The translations under genes and the position numbers were made by a program. The notes beneath the pieces are model-generated. The model ran no database searches. It was not told the DNA's origin and saw only the letters and a program-made list of their open reading frames with translations. This document shows positions 9,423 to 20,056 of a DNA stretch of 64,000 bases, one piece after another. Source of the DNA: a virus; the IMG/VR virus record IMGVR_UViG_3300017731_000001; one strand, 5' to 3'. Position 1 is the stretch's first letter. The number at the start of each line of letters is the position of its first letter.

Positions 9423-10013
9423 ATGACATTTATCCCAGAAACTTTAATTACAGATAATCCTCATGGAGTATTATGCTTCGGTCCCATAGCACCAGAGGAT
9501 AAGGATGATAATACTGCAATGCTTTTGTCCTTAGATGGGGGGCATACTATTTTATGTAACAAAAATGGAAATAAAGCAGAAATTAATCCAGGAAAATCTG
9601 AAGAACTTTGTGGAACTGAATTGGTAAAAGGTGATCAACAAGAGGCATCAGAAGAAGCAATTGCAAAAATTATTACTGCGAGAAATGGCGACATCTGCAT
9701 CATTGCCGAAAATGGAAACATCAAATTGAAGGCAAAAAACATATACGCAGAGTGTACGGGTGCTGATAATGATGGGTCATTTTTGTTAAAAGCAAATGAT
9801 CACATTAGCATGATTGCTGGTGAACAAATGACTATGGGAGGATCAAAAATATGCATGGTTTCATCTGATGCCATTACTTTGAATGCACAAGGAGTTATTA
9901 ATCAGATTTGTGCTGATGTGGTAAAATCATCTCCTGTTAATGTGGTTTCAAAAATATTAAAGGGAGATGTTCTTGGTGCGTTTATAGATACAGTTAGAAA
10001 AACTTGTGGATAA
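9423..10013 (+). CDS. Putative spike beta-helix protein (gp5 C-terminal-like)
   Basis: Periodic I.A.NG.I.I.A.N pattern typical of trimeric beta-helices; synteny. Confidence 0.5.
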   Translation: MTFIPETLITDNPHGVLCFGPIAPEDKDDNTAMLLSLDGGHTILCNKNGNKAEINPGKSEELCGTELVKGDQQEASEEAIAKIITARNGDICIIAENGNIKLKAKNIYAECTGADNDGSFLLKANDHISMIAGEQMTMGGSKICMVSSDAITLNAQGVINQICADVVKSSPVNVVSKILKGDVLGAFIDTVRKTCG

Positions 10014-10022
10014 GGAGTAGAA

Positions 10023-10832
10023 ATGGCATACGATTATCTAGAAGCAAATCTTATAGATGTTTTCAACTCTTTTGTGGGTGGAGGTCTTGTATTTCCAAAA
10101 GGACTTACAGAACCCGGTGGAGGTGTTCTATCGGCATATAAGGGACACTTTGGACAAGGATCTAGTACAATTCCTTATAGTGCATCATTAGTTTCTGGAC
10201 CTTCTGGTGGTCCTATTCCTACTCCATTATCATGGAACTTTTTGGGTCTTGGTGCTGAAATAGGGGTGAGAAATTTAGTTGGTGTAGATGTAAAGATTGG
10301 TTCTGATATATCACTAGGTGCAATCTCGGCAAGATATAGTGCAATCTTTAATAAAATAACCGGAAAAGAAGTAACTGTAGCTCCGGCAGATACTTCTGTG
10401 ACACCGAAAGAAACACATACATCTGCTCTTGGAAATTTATTTGGAAACTGGTTCGTTGATGGCGTTCCTTTTAAAAGTATAATAGGTCACATTGCCCATT
10501 CAGATGGAAGATTAAAAGATAATATTGAACCTATTTCTAGTTCCACATCTTTGACAAAGGTGCTACAATTAAATCCTGTATATTATAAATGGAGAAAAGA
10601 TATTGTCCCATCTTCTTTTTTGAAAGCTTATGGAGAGGGAAGACAAATTGGTTTAATTGCACAAGAAGTTGAAGACATCATTCCCGAAGTTATAAAAGAC
10701 GGAACACTTTATGATAAACAATGGAAGGGTATTAACTACTCTAAACTCACTGCTATGTTGATTGGAGCAGTCAAAGAACAACAAGAACAAATTGAAGAAC
10801 TAAAAACTAGAATTACTGAATTAGAATCATGA
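10023..10832 (+). CDS. Virion spike/fibre protein with C-terminal intramolecular chaperone (peptidase S74)
   Basis: SDGRLKDNIEPI...GLIAQEVE..IPEV...INYSKLTAMLIGAVKE plus terminal coiled coil. Confidence 0.85.
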   Translation: MAYDYLEANLIDVFNSFVGGGLVFPKGLTEPGGGVLSAYKGHFGQGSSTIPYSASLVSGPSGGPIPTPLSWNFLGLGAEIGVRNLVGVDVKIGSDISLGAISARYSAIFNKITGKEVTVAPADTSVTPKETHTSALGNLFGNWFVDGVPFKSIIGHIAHSDGRLKDNIEPISSSTSLTKVLQLNPVYYKWRKDIVPSSFLKAYGEGRQIGLIAQEVEDIIPEVIKDGTLYDKQWKGINYSKLTAMLIGAVKEQQEQIEELKTRITELES

Positions 10833-11752
10833 ATGAAAATTTAACAAATAGGGCTCTTGAAGTTTTAAATAGGGACCAGGATCAATTAAAAGGTGTATAT
10901 GAAAATCAATCGGAATATACTGCTCCCGAGAAAATAGAAAAAATAACTGTCACAGAAAACTCCGATGGAACTTGGAGTCAAAATAAAGAAATTGTTGATA
11001 GTGGATTAAAAGATGGTGGAGTGATTGGTGTAAGAGAGGCAGAAATTGAAGAGGAAGCAGAAGTATTGCAAGAATTTTGTGCCGATGTAGACAATAAAAT
11101 TATTGGCATTTTAACTCAAATTGATGATAAGAAAAGAGAAATTGTTACTCTATCACTCACAGCAGGAATTTCAACTGGAACAGTAGATAGTCCGCTTAAT
11201 TTTTGTAATTCATCGGCAGGTATTGGTCTTACATTATTTAATATAAGAGAAGAGACGGAGACCGTTCACATATACACCAAGATGGCAGGTCCTAATGTTG
11301 ATTATGGAACACAAAATCCATTTGAACCTGATACTACTATTTCATTAAGTGGAATAACAACACATTATGCAGGATTTGGATACGAAAATGATGCAGAACC
11401 ATTAATTTATAAAAATAGTGCCGGATCTGTGACCGGACTAAAAACAGATGGAAGTGGACCAGTTATTTCAACAAGTGGCAGACTTGATTTATCTGGAACC
11501 GGAACACCTATTAGTGGTTCTTTGACATGTTCTCAAATAAAAACTCAAATCGATTCCTTATATGATGATATTATTGTGCTCCGAAATGAAATAGGAACAC
11601 TTCGAGGTAATCTTAATACTATAAAGGATAAAAAATCCGAGAAAGAACTACAAAATTGGGGATGCAAAAATACTAAGTTTGAGGTTGATGCTAGAGCAAC
11701 TTCCGAATCAGCTACAATAGATGCAATAACTGGACTATCAACAGCTATATAA
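10829..11752 (+). CDS. Hypothetical virion structural protein
   Basis: 307-aa ORF overlapping the previous gene (ATGA) in the late module. Confidence 0.6.
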   Translation: MNENLTNRALEVLNRDQDQLKGVYENQSEYTAPEKIEKITVTENSDGTWSQNKEIVDSGLKDGGVIGVREAEIEEEAEVLQEFCADVDNKIIGILTQIDDKKREIVTLSLTAGISTGTVDSPLNFCNSSAGIGLTLFNIREETETVHIYTKMAGPNVDYGTQNPFEPDTTISLSGITTHYAGFGYENDAEPLIYKNSAGSVTGLKTDGSGPVISTSGRLDLSGTGTPISGSLTCSQIKTQIDSLYDDIIVLRNEIGTLRGNLNTIKDKKSEKELQNWGCKNTKFEVDARATSESATIDAITGLSTAI

Positions 11753-11774
11753 TGCCAGATATGGATGTATTCAT

Positions 11775-11993
11775 ATGGGGACTGAAAATGTCAGCAACAT
11801 TTTAATTGATGTTTGCAAAAGAACCGTCATTGTGCTCGGTAATGAAGGCGACACAAGATTAGTAGAATGTGAAACCGTAAATGAGTTTATGAACGTTCTA
11901 AAAATTATTGAAAAACATATTGATCCGGAAATGGTGTTGTATGCCAAACCTTTAGTACTTAAGAGAAAAAAATCAATTAATAAAGGTAACTAA
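11775..11993 (+). CDS. Hypothetical protein
   Basis: 72-aa ORF filling the gap between structural genes. Confidence 0.6.
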   Translation: MGTENVSNILIDVCKRTVIVLGNEGDTRLVECETVNEFMNVLKIIEKHIDPEMVLYAKPLVLKRKKSINKGN

Positions 11994-12030
11994 ATAGAAT
12001 ATAGAAATATTTCAGCAGTAAAATAATCCC

Positions 12031-15000
12031 ATGCCTCTGAATAAACTAGATAATTTCATCAAGAATACTGAAGGTCGAATCTTATATGTAAGTCCATCGG
12101 ATTTGGATGCAACTGATAGTATTAATAACCAGGGCAATTCCCTTGCTCAACCATTCAAAACTCTTCAGAGAGCACTCTTAGAGTCGGCAAGATTTTCTTA
12201 TGTGCAAGGAAATAGTAATGATTTGGTAGAGAAGACCACTATTCTTCTCATGCCCGGAATTCATGAAGTTGATAATAGACCTGGATTTGCAGTAAAAAAT
12301 GATGGCGGAGTTGCAAAAGTAATTTCTCCTGGTGGTGGAGAAACTGCGGCATCGGATACTTTAAATTTACAACTTGATTCTAATTTTGATATTAACCAAG
12401 AAGATAATATTCTTTATAAGTTCAATAGTGTCAATGGTGGTATTATTATCCCCAGAGGAACATCCGTTGTTGGTCTTGACTTAAGAAAGACCAAAGTTCG
12501 TCCAAAATATGTTCCCAATCCTACAGATTTAGCAGTTGCTGATTCGGCAATCTTTAGAATTACTGGCACATGTTATTTTTGGCAGTTCTCCTTCTTTGAT
12601 GGAGATGATGCAGGTGTAGTATATACCGACCCCGTTGATTTCTCAGTAGATAATAGGTCTAAACCAACATTCTCACACCACAAACTTACTTGTTTTGAGT
12701 ATGCCGATGGTGTTAATAATGTCAGTGGTTATGATCTCACTGACCTTGACATGTATTATGCAAAACTTGGTAATGCATATAATCAGGCATCGGGTAGAAT
12801 TATTGACCAAAAATATCCTGCCAACCCACAAGGATTTGAGAAGCAAAGACCGGAATGGGAAATTGTTGGTGCTTTTGCATCTGACCCACTAGAGGTTAGT
12901 GCCATTGTATCTGGTTCGGGTGGAACTCCTACGAGTGTGGTTACTGTAACCACGGCAACCGATCATAAATTGCAGGCAGGAACTCCAATAAAAATTAAAG
13001 GAGTTGTTCCTGACGACTACAATATTTCAACGAAAGTTCAGAGTGTTTCTACAAGTAATCCAAAAGTATTCACATATTTACTTCCAGATTTTAGAAAGAA
13101 TTTAGAGACACCTGGTAATACATCAAGTGCCACTGTAACGATTGAAACTGATACTGTAACTGGTGCATCACCATACATCTTTAATATCTCTCTGCGTTCT
13201 GTTTTTGGTATGAACGGAATGAAAGCTGATGGTGCTAAGGCATCCGGTTTCCGTTCGATGGTTGTGGCTCAATTTACTGGAGTCAGTCTCCAAAAAGATG
13301 ATCGTGCCTTTGTAAAGTATAGCAAGTCAAATAGAACATATGAAGGCATTGGTATTGGTAAAGTAACTGGATCTGCATTATCCACACAATCATCATCTAC
13401 CAACGCCAGCACTGTTTATCATTTAGATTCAGGTGCCGTCTACAGAAAAGACTGGGAGACCGCACACATTTCAATGATAAATGATGCAATCCTTCAGATT
13501 GTTTCTGTCTTTGCTATTGGATATAACCAACATTTCTTTGCCGATACTGGTGGTGATGCATCTATCACCAACTCAAACTCAAACTTTGGACAACTAGCTC
13601 TTATATCTGCAGGATTCAAGAAAGAGGCATTTGCAAAAGACAATAAAGGATTTATTACTAATATCATTGCTCCTAGAGCAATTACGAGTTCAGAGGAGAA
13701 TATTGACTGGCAAACAATTGATGTTGGTGTCACAACTTCTGTTGCAAATAACAAAAGACTATATCTCTTTGGTTTCACAGAAGCAGACATCAAACCATCA
13801 ATTCTCACTCAAGGTTTTAGAGTTGGTGCAAAAGTAGGAGATGTATTAAGTGTAGACTTCAGTGCCGTCACAGGTTATGGTATAAGTGAAGCAAACATTT
13901 TGATGAGTGATGAGGAAACAAGTAGTGTTAAAGAATATAGAGTAGTATCAGGTCCAACATCAAATCAGTTTGCGATTGGTGCTCATAATTTATCAACGGG
14001 CGAGAAAATTATCATCAAGAGTGATGATGCCGACTTACCAGAAAACCTTACTCCAGAAAGAACTTACTATGTAATTGATAGTGGAGATAATAATAATATT
14101 AAGTTAGCATCTTCCTATGCAGCATCTATTAATGGAACTCCAATTACTGTTTATGGCGGAACAAACCTTGTAATTTTGAGTAGAGTATCTGATAAAGATG
14201 CAGGAGACATTGGTCATCCGGTTCAGTATGACTCTACACAAGGTCAATGGTATATTAATACCAATGCAGGCAGTGACATTTATAATGCTCTAACTCAAGT
14301 TGGTGTTCAAACTAACAATGGTTTAGATACAAGAACCGAAGTTTCATTCTTAAAGAGAACATCAGATACTAGAAGTCTTGATGAAAAGATTTACAAACTT
14401 AGAGTTGTAATTCCAAAAGAAGTTTCTAATGGAAAGAATCCAGAAAGTGGATTCATTCTTCAAGAATCTAGCACAACTGGATTAAGAACTGATGCCGATG
14501 CATCTCTTTCATCCATTACAATAGATGATTATGACTTCAACAAAAATTCAAGATTCATTGGTAGTTGCACATTCTCTGGCGGAACAGTAACTGTTAGATC
14601 TGAATTGCCACACAATGTATCTGTTGGTGATGTAATCATTACCAAGAATATACAAGATACATCCAATACTGTTGGCACTGCTAATAGTGGATACAACGGA
14701 ACATTTACCGTTGTATCAATTCCTAATGATATGGAGTTCACCTATGAAACAGGTGCGTCTCTTGGACCTGCATTGACAAATGATTTAACCAATAGAACAA
14801 CATCTCTGCCGAGATATGAGGTAAATGATTTACAGAATAAACTTTTTGTTTATAGAAATGAAATTATTACTGACTATATTCAAGATGTTCAGGATGGAAT
14901 CTATCATCTGTATGCATTAAATGCAAACCTTAGTGTTCCGACTGAATTTACAAATTACGAATATAATCAAAATGTTGTTGATCTCTATCCTCAGTTAGAT

Positions 15001-17520
15001 AGAGATAATGTCAATGATAATCCACAATCTGCTAAATCATTTGCACTGAGAGAACCACTTGGGGAAGTTCAAACTAATGATCTTAAGAAGAGTATCACAA
15101 AAGAATCTACTGACTCGTTCAATAAGAAGTTCAGAAAGCACCTAGAAGTATCTGCCGAATCAGATTTGAGTGTTGTTGCAGGTATTGCCACACTAACATT
15201 CACTAGAAATCATGGTTTATCGGGAATTGTAACTCATGAAGGTGCAATTACTGGTGGTTCTGGTCATACAAATGGAACACACTATAACGTAAAACTCTTT
15301 AATGAGGTTGGATTATCCAGTTGGAATGGTGCCACTGCTATCGTCGGTGTATCTGGTGGTGCTGTTGTCAGCATGGATATTCAATCACCTGGTTCTGGTT
15401 ATCAATCTGGTGCCACATTATTCTTTGATACCGCAGTAATTGGTGGATCTGCTGATGCAACAATCACAGTTGCTCAAAGGGGATTATCTGCCAGTAGTCT
15501 TTCTGCAACTGATGGTGCCGTTGTTCAGGTTACTGGTATTGGAACAACTGCATTTGGTCTTTATAGAACTTCTAGTATTCCTGCCAAAGATAAAGTTGCT
15601 ATTGCAAAAACAGCAGGAGATCCTGAAAGTATTCTTGGGCAGTATGTTTATATTGTTGCTCCAACAGGAAAAGTTTCATCCAATTCATATAACTCTACCA
15701 CAGGAATTCAACAATTCAACTGCTCCACTCCTCACGGATTAGTTGCAGGAAGTAGATTCAGAGTTCTTGATAGTAGCAATAATAATCTTGGAGATTATCT
15801 GGTTAAGTCTAGAGTTGGTGTCAATACATTTACTGCCATCACCAATTCAAGTCTGTCGGCACAATATGTTCTCAAGCATGGTATGTCGTCAAATGAAGGT
15901 ATATCCGATCAAAGCGAAGAGAATATTGATGCTCGTGGTGTCTCTCTATTTGATACCGAATCTCTAACACTTGGTGGATTCAATGGCGATACTAAGTTAC
16001 AAGTAGCTTCGCCTTATTCTGGTATTGCAACAACCAAAAGATTTCCACTTGGTTCATATCTTCAGGTTGATGAAGAGATTATGAGAGTTGTAACTGATAC
16101 CATCACTGGTACTGGTAGCAATGAAATAACTGTAGTACGAGGAGCATTAGGCACAGGAATCTCTACTCATGATTCTGGTTCTTTACTGAATAAAGTAGAT
16201 CCAATCGCGATTGAATTCCGCAGACCATCTATCATTCGTGCATCCGGTCATACATTTGAGTATCTTGGATATGGTCCTGGCAACTACTCAACGGGTCTTC
16301 CACAAGTTCAGGACAGAACACTCACAGAGACCGAAGAATTCCTCTCTCAGGCGCAGGAAAGAAGGGGTGGTATTGTTGTTTATACGGGTATGAATAACAA
16401 GGGCGATTTTTATGTTGGAAATAGAAGAACATCATCTTCAACAGGCGAAGAAAAAACTTATGACATTCCAGTTTCAACAGTTACTGGTGAAGATCCATCT
16501 AGTCTCAGTGTAGTTTTTGATGAAGTTATCGTCAAAAATAATCTTGTAGTTGAGGGTGGAGATTCGGGACAGATTCTTTCACAATTTGATGGTCCAGTTA
16601 CACTTAATGGAGAAGTCACCTTTAAAGATAATTTAACGGCAAAAGGTCCAGTCAAGATTGCAAATACTACACAATCAACAACTAAAACTACCGGAGCACT
16701 TGTCATCGATGGTGGTGCTGGTATTGTTGGCGATTTAAATATCGGAGGAAACATTACCTTTGACAATAATGTAACTGGTGCTGGTGCTACTTTCGGTAAT
16801 ATTCAGATTGCAATCACTGAAGACAATACGATTGATACTACCACGGGCGATTTAATCCTCAATTCTGCTTCTGGTGAAGTTGAAATTAATGACAACCTAG
16901 ATTTAAACGGAACATTAAATGTTTCTTCAACATCAATATTTGCAGGACAGGCAGTATTTAATACTGGTATCGTCCCAGATGCTGATGAGGGTGCATATCT
17001 TGGCACTGCATCATTACCATTCTCCGAGGCACACATTGACGAGATTAGAATTGGTGTAAGTGGCAATGGAGAAATTGATACTGCATCTGGCAATTTAACA
17101 CTTGATTCTACTGGTGGAACAACAACAGTTGATGATAACTTGATTGTGAGTGGCACATCTACATTACAGAGCAACACTGCCATCACCGGAACATTAACAG
17201 TTACCGATGACATCACCGCATTCTTCTCATCTGATGAAAGATTAAAATTAGATATTACACCGATTAAAGAACCTCTTACCAAGATTCGTTCAATCAGTGG
17301 TAATACATTCACCTGGATTGAGGGTGGTGTTCATGAAGGTGAAGATACCGGTGTTATCGCACAAGAAATTGCTGCTCTTGGACTTCCCGGACTCACTACT
17401 ATCAGAGAGACTGGTTATATGGCAGTCAAATATGACAAACTCACTGCACTACTTATTGAAGCAGTTAAGGAATTATCAACTAAGGTTGAAATTCTAGAGC
17501 AAAAATTATCAGATAAATAA
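12031..17520 (+). CDS. Large tail-fibre/virion structural protein with C-terminal S74 chaperone
   Basis: Cyanophage-type N-terminus MPLNKLDNFIKNTEGRILYV; C-terminal SDERLK...GVIAQEI...VKYDKLTALLIEAVKEL; late-promoter-like CTAAATA at 11990. Confidence 0.8.
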   Translation: MPLNKLDNFIKNTEGRILYVSPSDLDATDSINNQGNSLAQPFKTLQRALLESARFSYVQGNSNDLVEKTTILLMPGIHEVDNRPGFAVKNDGGVAKVISPGGGETAASDTLNLQLDSNFDINQEDNILYKFNSVNGGIIIPRGTSVVGLDLRKTKVRPKYVPNPTDLAVADSAIFRITGTCYFWQFSFFDGDDAGVVYTDPVDFSVDNRSKPTFSHHKLTCFEYADGVNNVSGYDLTDLDMYYAKLGNAYNQASGRIIDQKYPANPQGFEKQRPEWEIVGAFASDPLEVSAIVSGSGGTPTSVVTVTTATDHKLQAGTPIKIKGVVPDDYNISTKVQSVSTSNPKVFTYLLPDFRKNLETPGNTSSATVTIETDTVTGASPYIFNISLRSVFGMNGMKADGAKASGFRSMVVAQFTGVSLQKDDRAFVKYSKSNRTYEGIGIGKVTGSALSTQSSSTNASTVYHLDSGAVYRKDWETAHISMINDAILQIVSVFAIGYNQHFFADTGGDASITNSNSNFGQLALISAGFKKEAFAKDNKGFITNIIAPRAITSSEENIDWQTIDVGVTTSVANNKRLYLFGFTEADIKPSILTQGFRVGAKVGDVLSVDFSAVTGYGISEANILMSDEETSSVKEYRVVSGPTSNQFAIGAHNLSTGEKIIIKSDDADLPENLTPERTYYVIDSGDNNNIKLASSYAASINGTPITVYGGTNLVILSRVSDKDAGDIGHPVQYDSTQGQWYINTNAGSDIYNALTQVGVQTNNGLDTRTEVSFLKRTSDTRSLDEKIYKLRVVIPKEVSNGKNPESGFILQESSTTGLRTDADASLSSITIDDYDFNKNSRFIGSCTFSGGTVTVRSELPHNVSVGDVIITKNIQDTSNTVGTANSGYNGTFTVVSIPNDMEFTYETGASLGPALTNDLTNRTTSLPRYEVNDLQNKLFVYRNEIITDYIQDVQDGIYHLYALNANLSVPTEFTNYEYNQNVVDLYPQLDRDNVNDNPQSAKSFALREPLGEVQTNDLKKSITKESTDSFNKKFRKHLEVSAESDLSVVAGIATLTFTRNHGLSGIVTHEGAITGGSGHTNGTHYNVKLFNEVGLSSWNGATAIVGVSGGAVVSMDIQSPGSGYQSGATLFFDTAVIGGSADATITVAQRGLSASSLSATDGAVVQVTGIGTTAFGLYRTSSIPAKDKVAIAKTAGDPESILGQYVYIVAPTGKVSSNSYNSTTGIQQFNCSTPHGLVAGSRFRVLDSSNNNLGDYLVKSRVGVNTFTAITNSSLSAQYVLKHGMSSNEGISDQSEENIDARGVSLFDTESLTLGGFNGDTKLQVASPYSGIATTKRFPLGSYLQVDEEIMRVVTDTITGTGSNEITVVRGALGTGISTHDSGSLLNKVDPIAIEFRRPSIIRASGHTFEYLGYGPGNYSTGLPQVQDRTLTETEEFLSQAQERRGGIVVYTGMNNKGDFYVGNRRTSSSTGEEKTYDIPVSTVTGEDPSSLSVVFDEVIVKNNLVVEGGDSGQILSQFDGPVTLNGEVTFKDNLTAKGPVKIANTTQSTTKTTGALVIDGGAGIVGDLNIGGNITFDNNVTGAGATFGNIQIAITEDNTIDTTTGDLILNSASGEVEINDNLDLNGTLNVSSTSIFAGQAVFNTGIVPDADEGAYLGTASLPFSEAHIDEIRIGVSGNGEIDTASGNLTLDSTGGTTTVDDNLIVSGTSTLQSNTAITGTLTVTDDITAFFSSDERLKLDITPIKEPLTKIRSISGNTFTWIEGGVHEGEDTGVIAQEIAALGLPGLTTIRETGYMAVKYDKLTALLIEAVKELSTKVEILEQKLSDK

Positions 17521-17542
17521 CTCCATGGAGATGCACAAGTAG

Positions 17543-19900
17543 ATGGCAAATTATAGAAAGTCTTTTAATTTTCGTAATGGTGTTCAGGTTGATAACGACA
17601 ACTTTATTGTAGATACAAATGGACTGGTTGGAATTGGCACCTCTATTCCTTCCGAGTTTCTTGATGTAAGAGGAACTGCAAAAATTAGTGGTATTGTATC
17701 AACTGCGGACTTATTTGTCACCGAGGACGTATTTGTATCAGGTGCCTCAACAGTAACAGTGTTAGATGCAACCAGTCTTAATGCAACTGGTATTGTAACA
17801 GCACAACAATTTTTTGGTGATGGTAGTCAATTATCTGGTGTTGTTGCCGTTGCAAGAACCGGATGGTCTATTACTGATGCAGGAATCTCCACAATAGCTA
17901 ATGTTGGGGTAGGCACCACTAATCCTGCAACTTTATTACAAGTTGGTGATGATCCAACATCGGCAACTTATGGTGTTGGTATTGATTCAACTGGACAAGG
18001 AAACTTTACAGGTATTTTAACAGCAGGTTCATTTCAATCTACCGGTATTATAACTGGTTCCAATTTGCTTGCATCGGGATTCTCTACATTCTTCTCCAGT
18101 GTTCAGATAACGAATGATGTAAATGTTGGTGGTGTTGTAACTGCAACCACCTTCATTGGAGATTTGACCGGAGAAGTTAATGCCGCAAAATTTGATACAA
18201 ATTCTACGGGTATCGTTGTATCTGGTATTGCAACTTTCACCGATGATGCACAAATCACTGCTGGTGGATTAGTCGTTACTGGTGTCACCACTTCAACGAG
18301 TTTTGTTGGTAATATCACTGGTAGTGTAACTGGAAATGTTACTGGTGATGTAACGGGTAATGTCACAGGATATTTGAGTGGTGTTGCACAGACAGCAGGT
18401 TTTGCATCAACTTCATTCGGACTTGATGGCACACCTGATATTACAGTAGGAAATATTGTTGGTTCATCTGCAACTGTAACCGCACTGGTAGTTGATAATA
18501 AACTCGGTATTGGTTCTGATACTCCTGCCTCTGATATTGAAATCAGAAAGATTACAAATACAGCAATAGATGTTATTACATCCAGCAACACTTCTAGAAT
18601 CAGTGTCGGACAATCTGTCGGAACAGGTAATAGCAGTGGTGTCTTAAGTTTCAACTCTGGAACACTGAGTCTCTCCAACTACGATCTTGGTGGAGTTAAT
18701 ATCAATCTCCATTCTGGATCTGGTGCCGGAACAACAGAAAGTTTCAAGGTTAGATACGACGATAATACTAAATTTGAGACCACATATGATGGTAAGGTAG
18801 GTGTTAATCGTCATGGTATTACATTAACACGAGAACTGGAAGTCGGTGGAAATACATTCATAAGTGGTTATGGACAGGTTGCAGGTATTCTTACCGTAGG
18901 ACAAGGTGCTAATCAACTCACTCTTGGTGATGGTAGTGCTCTACCAATTTCTAGTAGTGCTGTTATTAGCGTAACCAGTGGTATTTCAACATTCAATGAT
19001 CTTCTTGTTAGTCGCAATTTTCAAGTTGGAAGTGGCATCGGAACGTTCTTAGGAGATACTTTTGTTGGTGGAAAGTTGGGGATTGGTACAGCATCTGATA
19101 CTGGATTTCCTGATAGTTTTGACTCTACTATCTTTGGAGATTTTTACTCAGATGGAAGAATTATTTCTAAAACACAACTTGGAATGTCCACTAGTGCTGA
19201 TGGTTCATTCGTAACTGATCCAAGACCAAGTGTAGATGCATTGGGGCAAATTGTTCCCGGTTTTGCAAGTGGAAGTTTCCAAACACAAAATAGTTTCGTC
19301 ATGTTTGGCGGAAGTGGATTATTTGTTCCCACTGCTCCTATTATTGCGGCAGGATATGGACAAACTAATCAAGCATTAGTTACTACTGATGCAGGTACTT
19401 CAAAATATTTGACTAGAATCGGAATCAATACTTACTTTGCCAGATCTGTTCTTGATGTTGGTATGGCAAGCACCACGATGAACAGTTATGTCATTATGCC
19501 TTCAGTTAATACTGAAGAACTTGACATCATTGCAAATCTCTGGTCCGGCAATGCTGGTGGTAATCAGAATGTAAATCCGGTTCAATCTGGATTTGGAACG
19601 GAACAGTCCAAGAAACTTCTTGCACCTAATGGTGTTCCTGGTGGTTCAATCGTTTATAACAATGAATCCAGAAGACTTAATGTTAGCACAGGTGGCACAG
19701 TATTCTGTGGTGTTGCAACATTAACACAAAACCAATCTGGATATGATTCACTTGCAATTCCCACATTCAATACTACTAAGAGAAACTTAATGAGTGGTTA
19801 TGGCAACCTTCCTAAAGGTGCAATCATGTATAACACAACCACAAACAAACTTAACTTCTGGAATGGTTCTGCATGGGAGGCAGTAACAAGTTCAACGTAA
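17543..19900 (+). CDS. Tail-fibre-like virion protein
   Basis: VGIGT..P repeats, GNVTGDVTG repeats, C-terminal YNTTTNKLNFWNGSAW; ATAAATA at 17513. Confidence 0.75.
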   Translation: MANYRKSFNFRNGVQVDNDNFIVDTNGLVGIGTSIPSEFLDVRGTAKISGIVSTADLFVTEDVFVSGASTVTVLDATSLNATGIVTAQQFFGDGSQLSGVVAVARTGWSITDAGISTIANVGVGTTNPATLLQVGDDPTSATYGVGIDSTGQGNFTGILTAGSFQSTGIITGSNLLASGFSTFFSSVQITNDVNVGGVVTATTFIGDLTGEVNAAKFDTNSTGIVVSGIATFTDDAQITAGGLVVTGVTTSTSFVGNITGSVTGNVTGDVTGNVTGYLSGVAQTAGFASTSFGLDGTPDITVGNIVGSSATVTALVVDNKLGIGSDTPASDIEIRKITNTAIDVITSSNTSRISVGQSVGTGNSSGVLSFNSGTLSLSNYDLGGVNINLHSGSGAGTTESFKVRYDDNTKFETTYDGKVGVNRHGITLTRELEVGGNTFISGYGQVAGILTVGQGANQLTLGDGSALPISSSAVISVTSGISTFNDLLVSRNFQVGSGIGTFLGDTFVGGKLGIGTASDTGFPDSFDSTIFGDFYSDGRIISKTQLGMSTSADGSFVTDPRPSVDALGQIVPGFASGSFQTQNSFVMFGGSGLFVPTAPIIAAGYGQTNQALVTTDAGTSKYLTRIGINTYFARSVLDVGMASTTMNSYVIMPSVNTEELDIIANLWSGNAGGNQNVNPVQSGFGTEQSKKLLAPNGVPGGSIVYNNESRRLNVSTGGTVFCGVATLTQNQSGYDSLAIPTFNTTKRNLMSGYGNLPKGAIMYNTTTNKLNFWNGSAWEAVTSST

Positions 19901-19904
19901 TAGC

Positions 19905-19933
19905 TTGACAGAATCATGAAAACCCTATAGACT
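19905..19933 (+). promoter_or_regulatory. Sigma70-like promoter TTGACA-N17-TAGACT
   Basis: Perfect -35, 17-nt spacer, plausible -10 just after the late module. Confidence 0.55.
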
Positions 19934-19974
19934 ACCTTTGTCCGGGTTGAAGAGGAAACTTTAAGACACTATAG

Positions 19975-20031
19975 AAACCGGTTGTAAAACTGTCACACCA
20001 CCTCCTAATCGGGGTGGTTTTCTGCTATAAT
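19975..20031 (+). promoter_or_regulatory. Early-promoter element: palindrome AAACCGGT-N6-ACTGTCAC, hairpin ACCACCTC/GGGGTGGT, TGnTATAAT
   Basis: Member of the repeated motif family; 29 nt from palindrome end to -10. Confidence 0.75.
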
Positions 20032-20056
20032 ATATTCATACCAAACAGGAACGAAC

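Noticed and set aside
10023-19900. Diversity-generating retroelement acting on fibre genes
   Set aside because: No reverse transcriptase and no template/variable repeat pair was seen.
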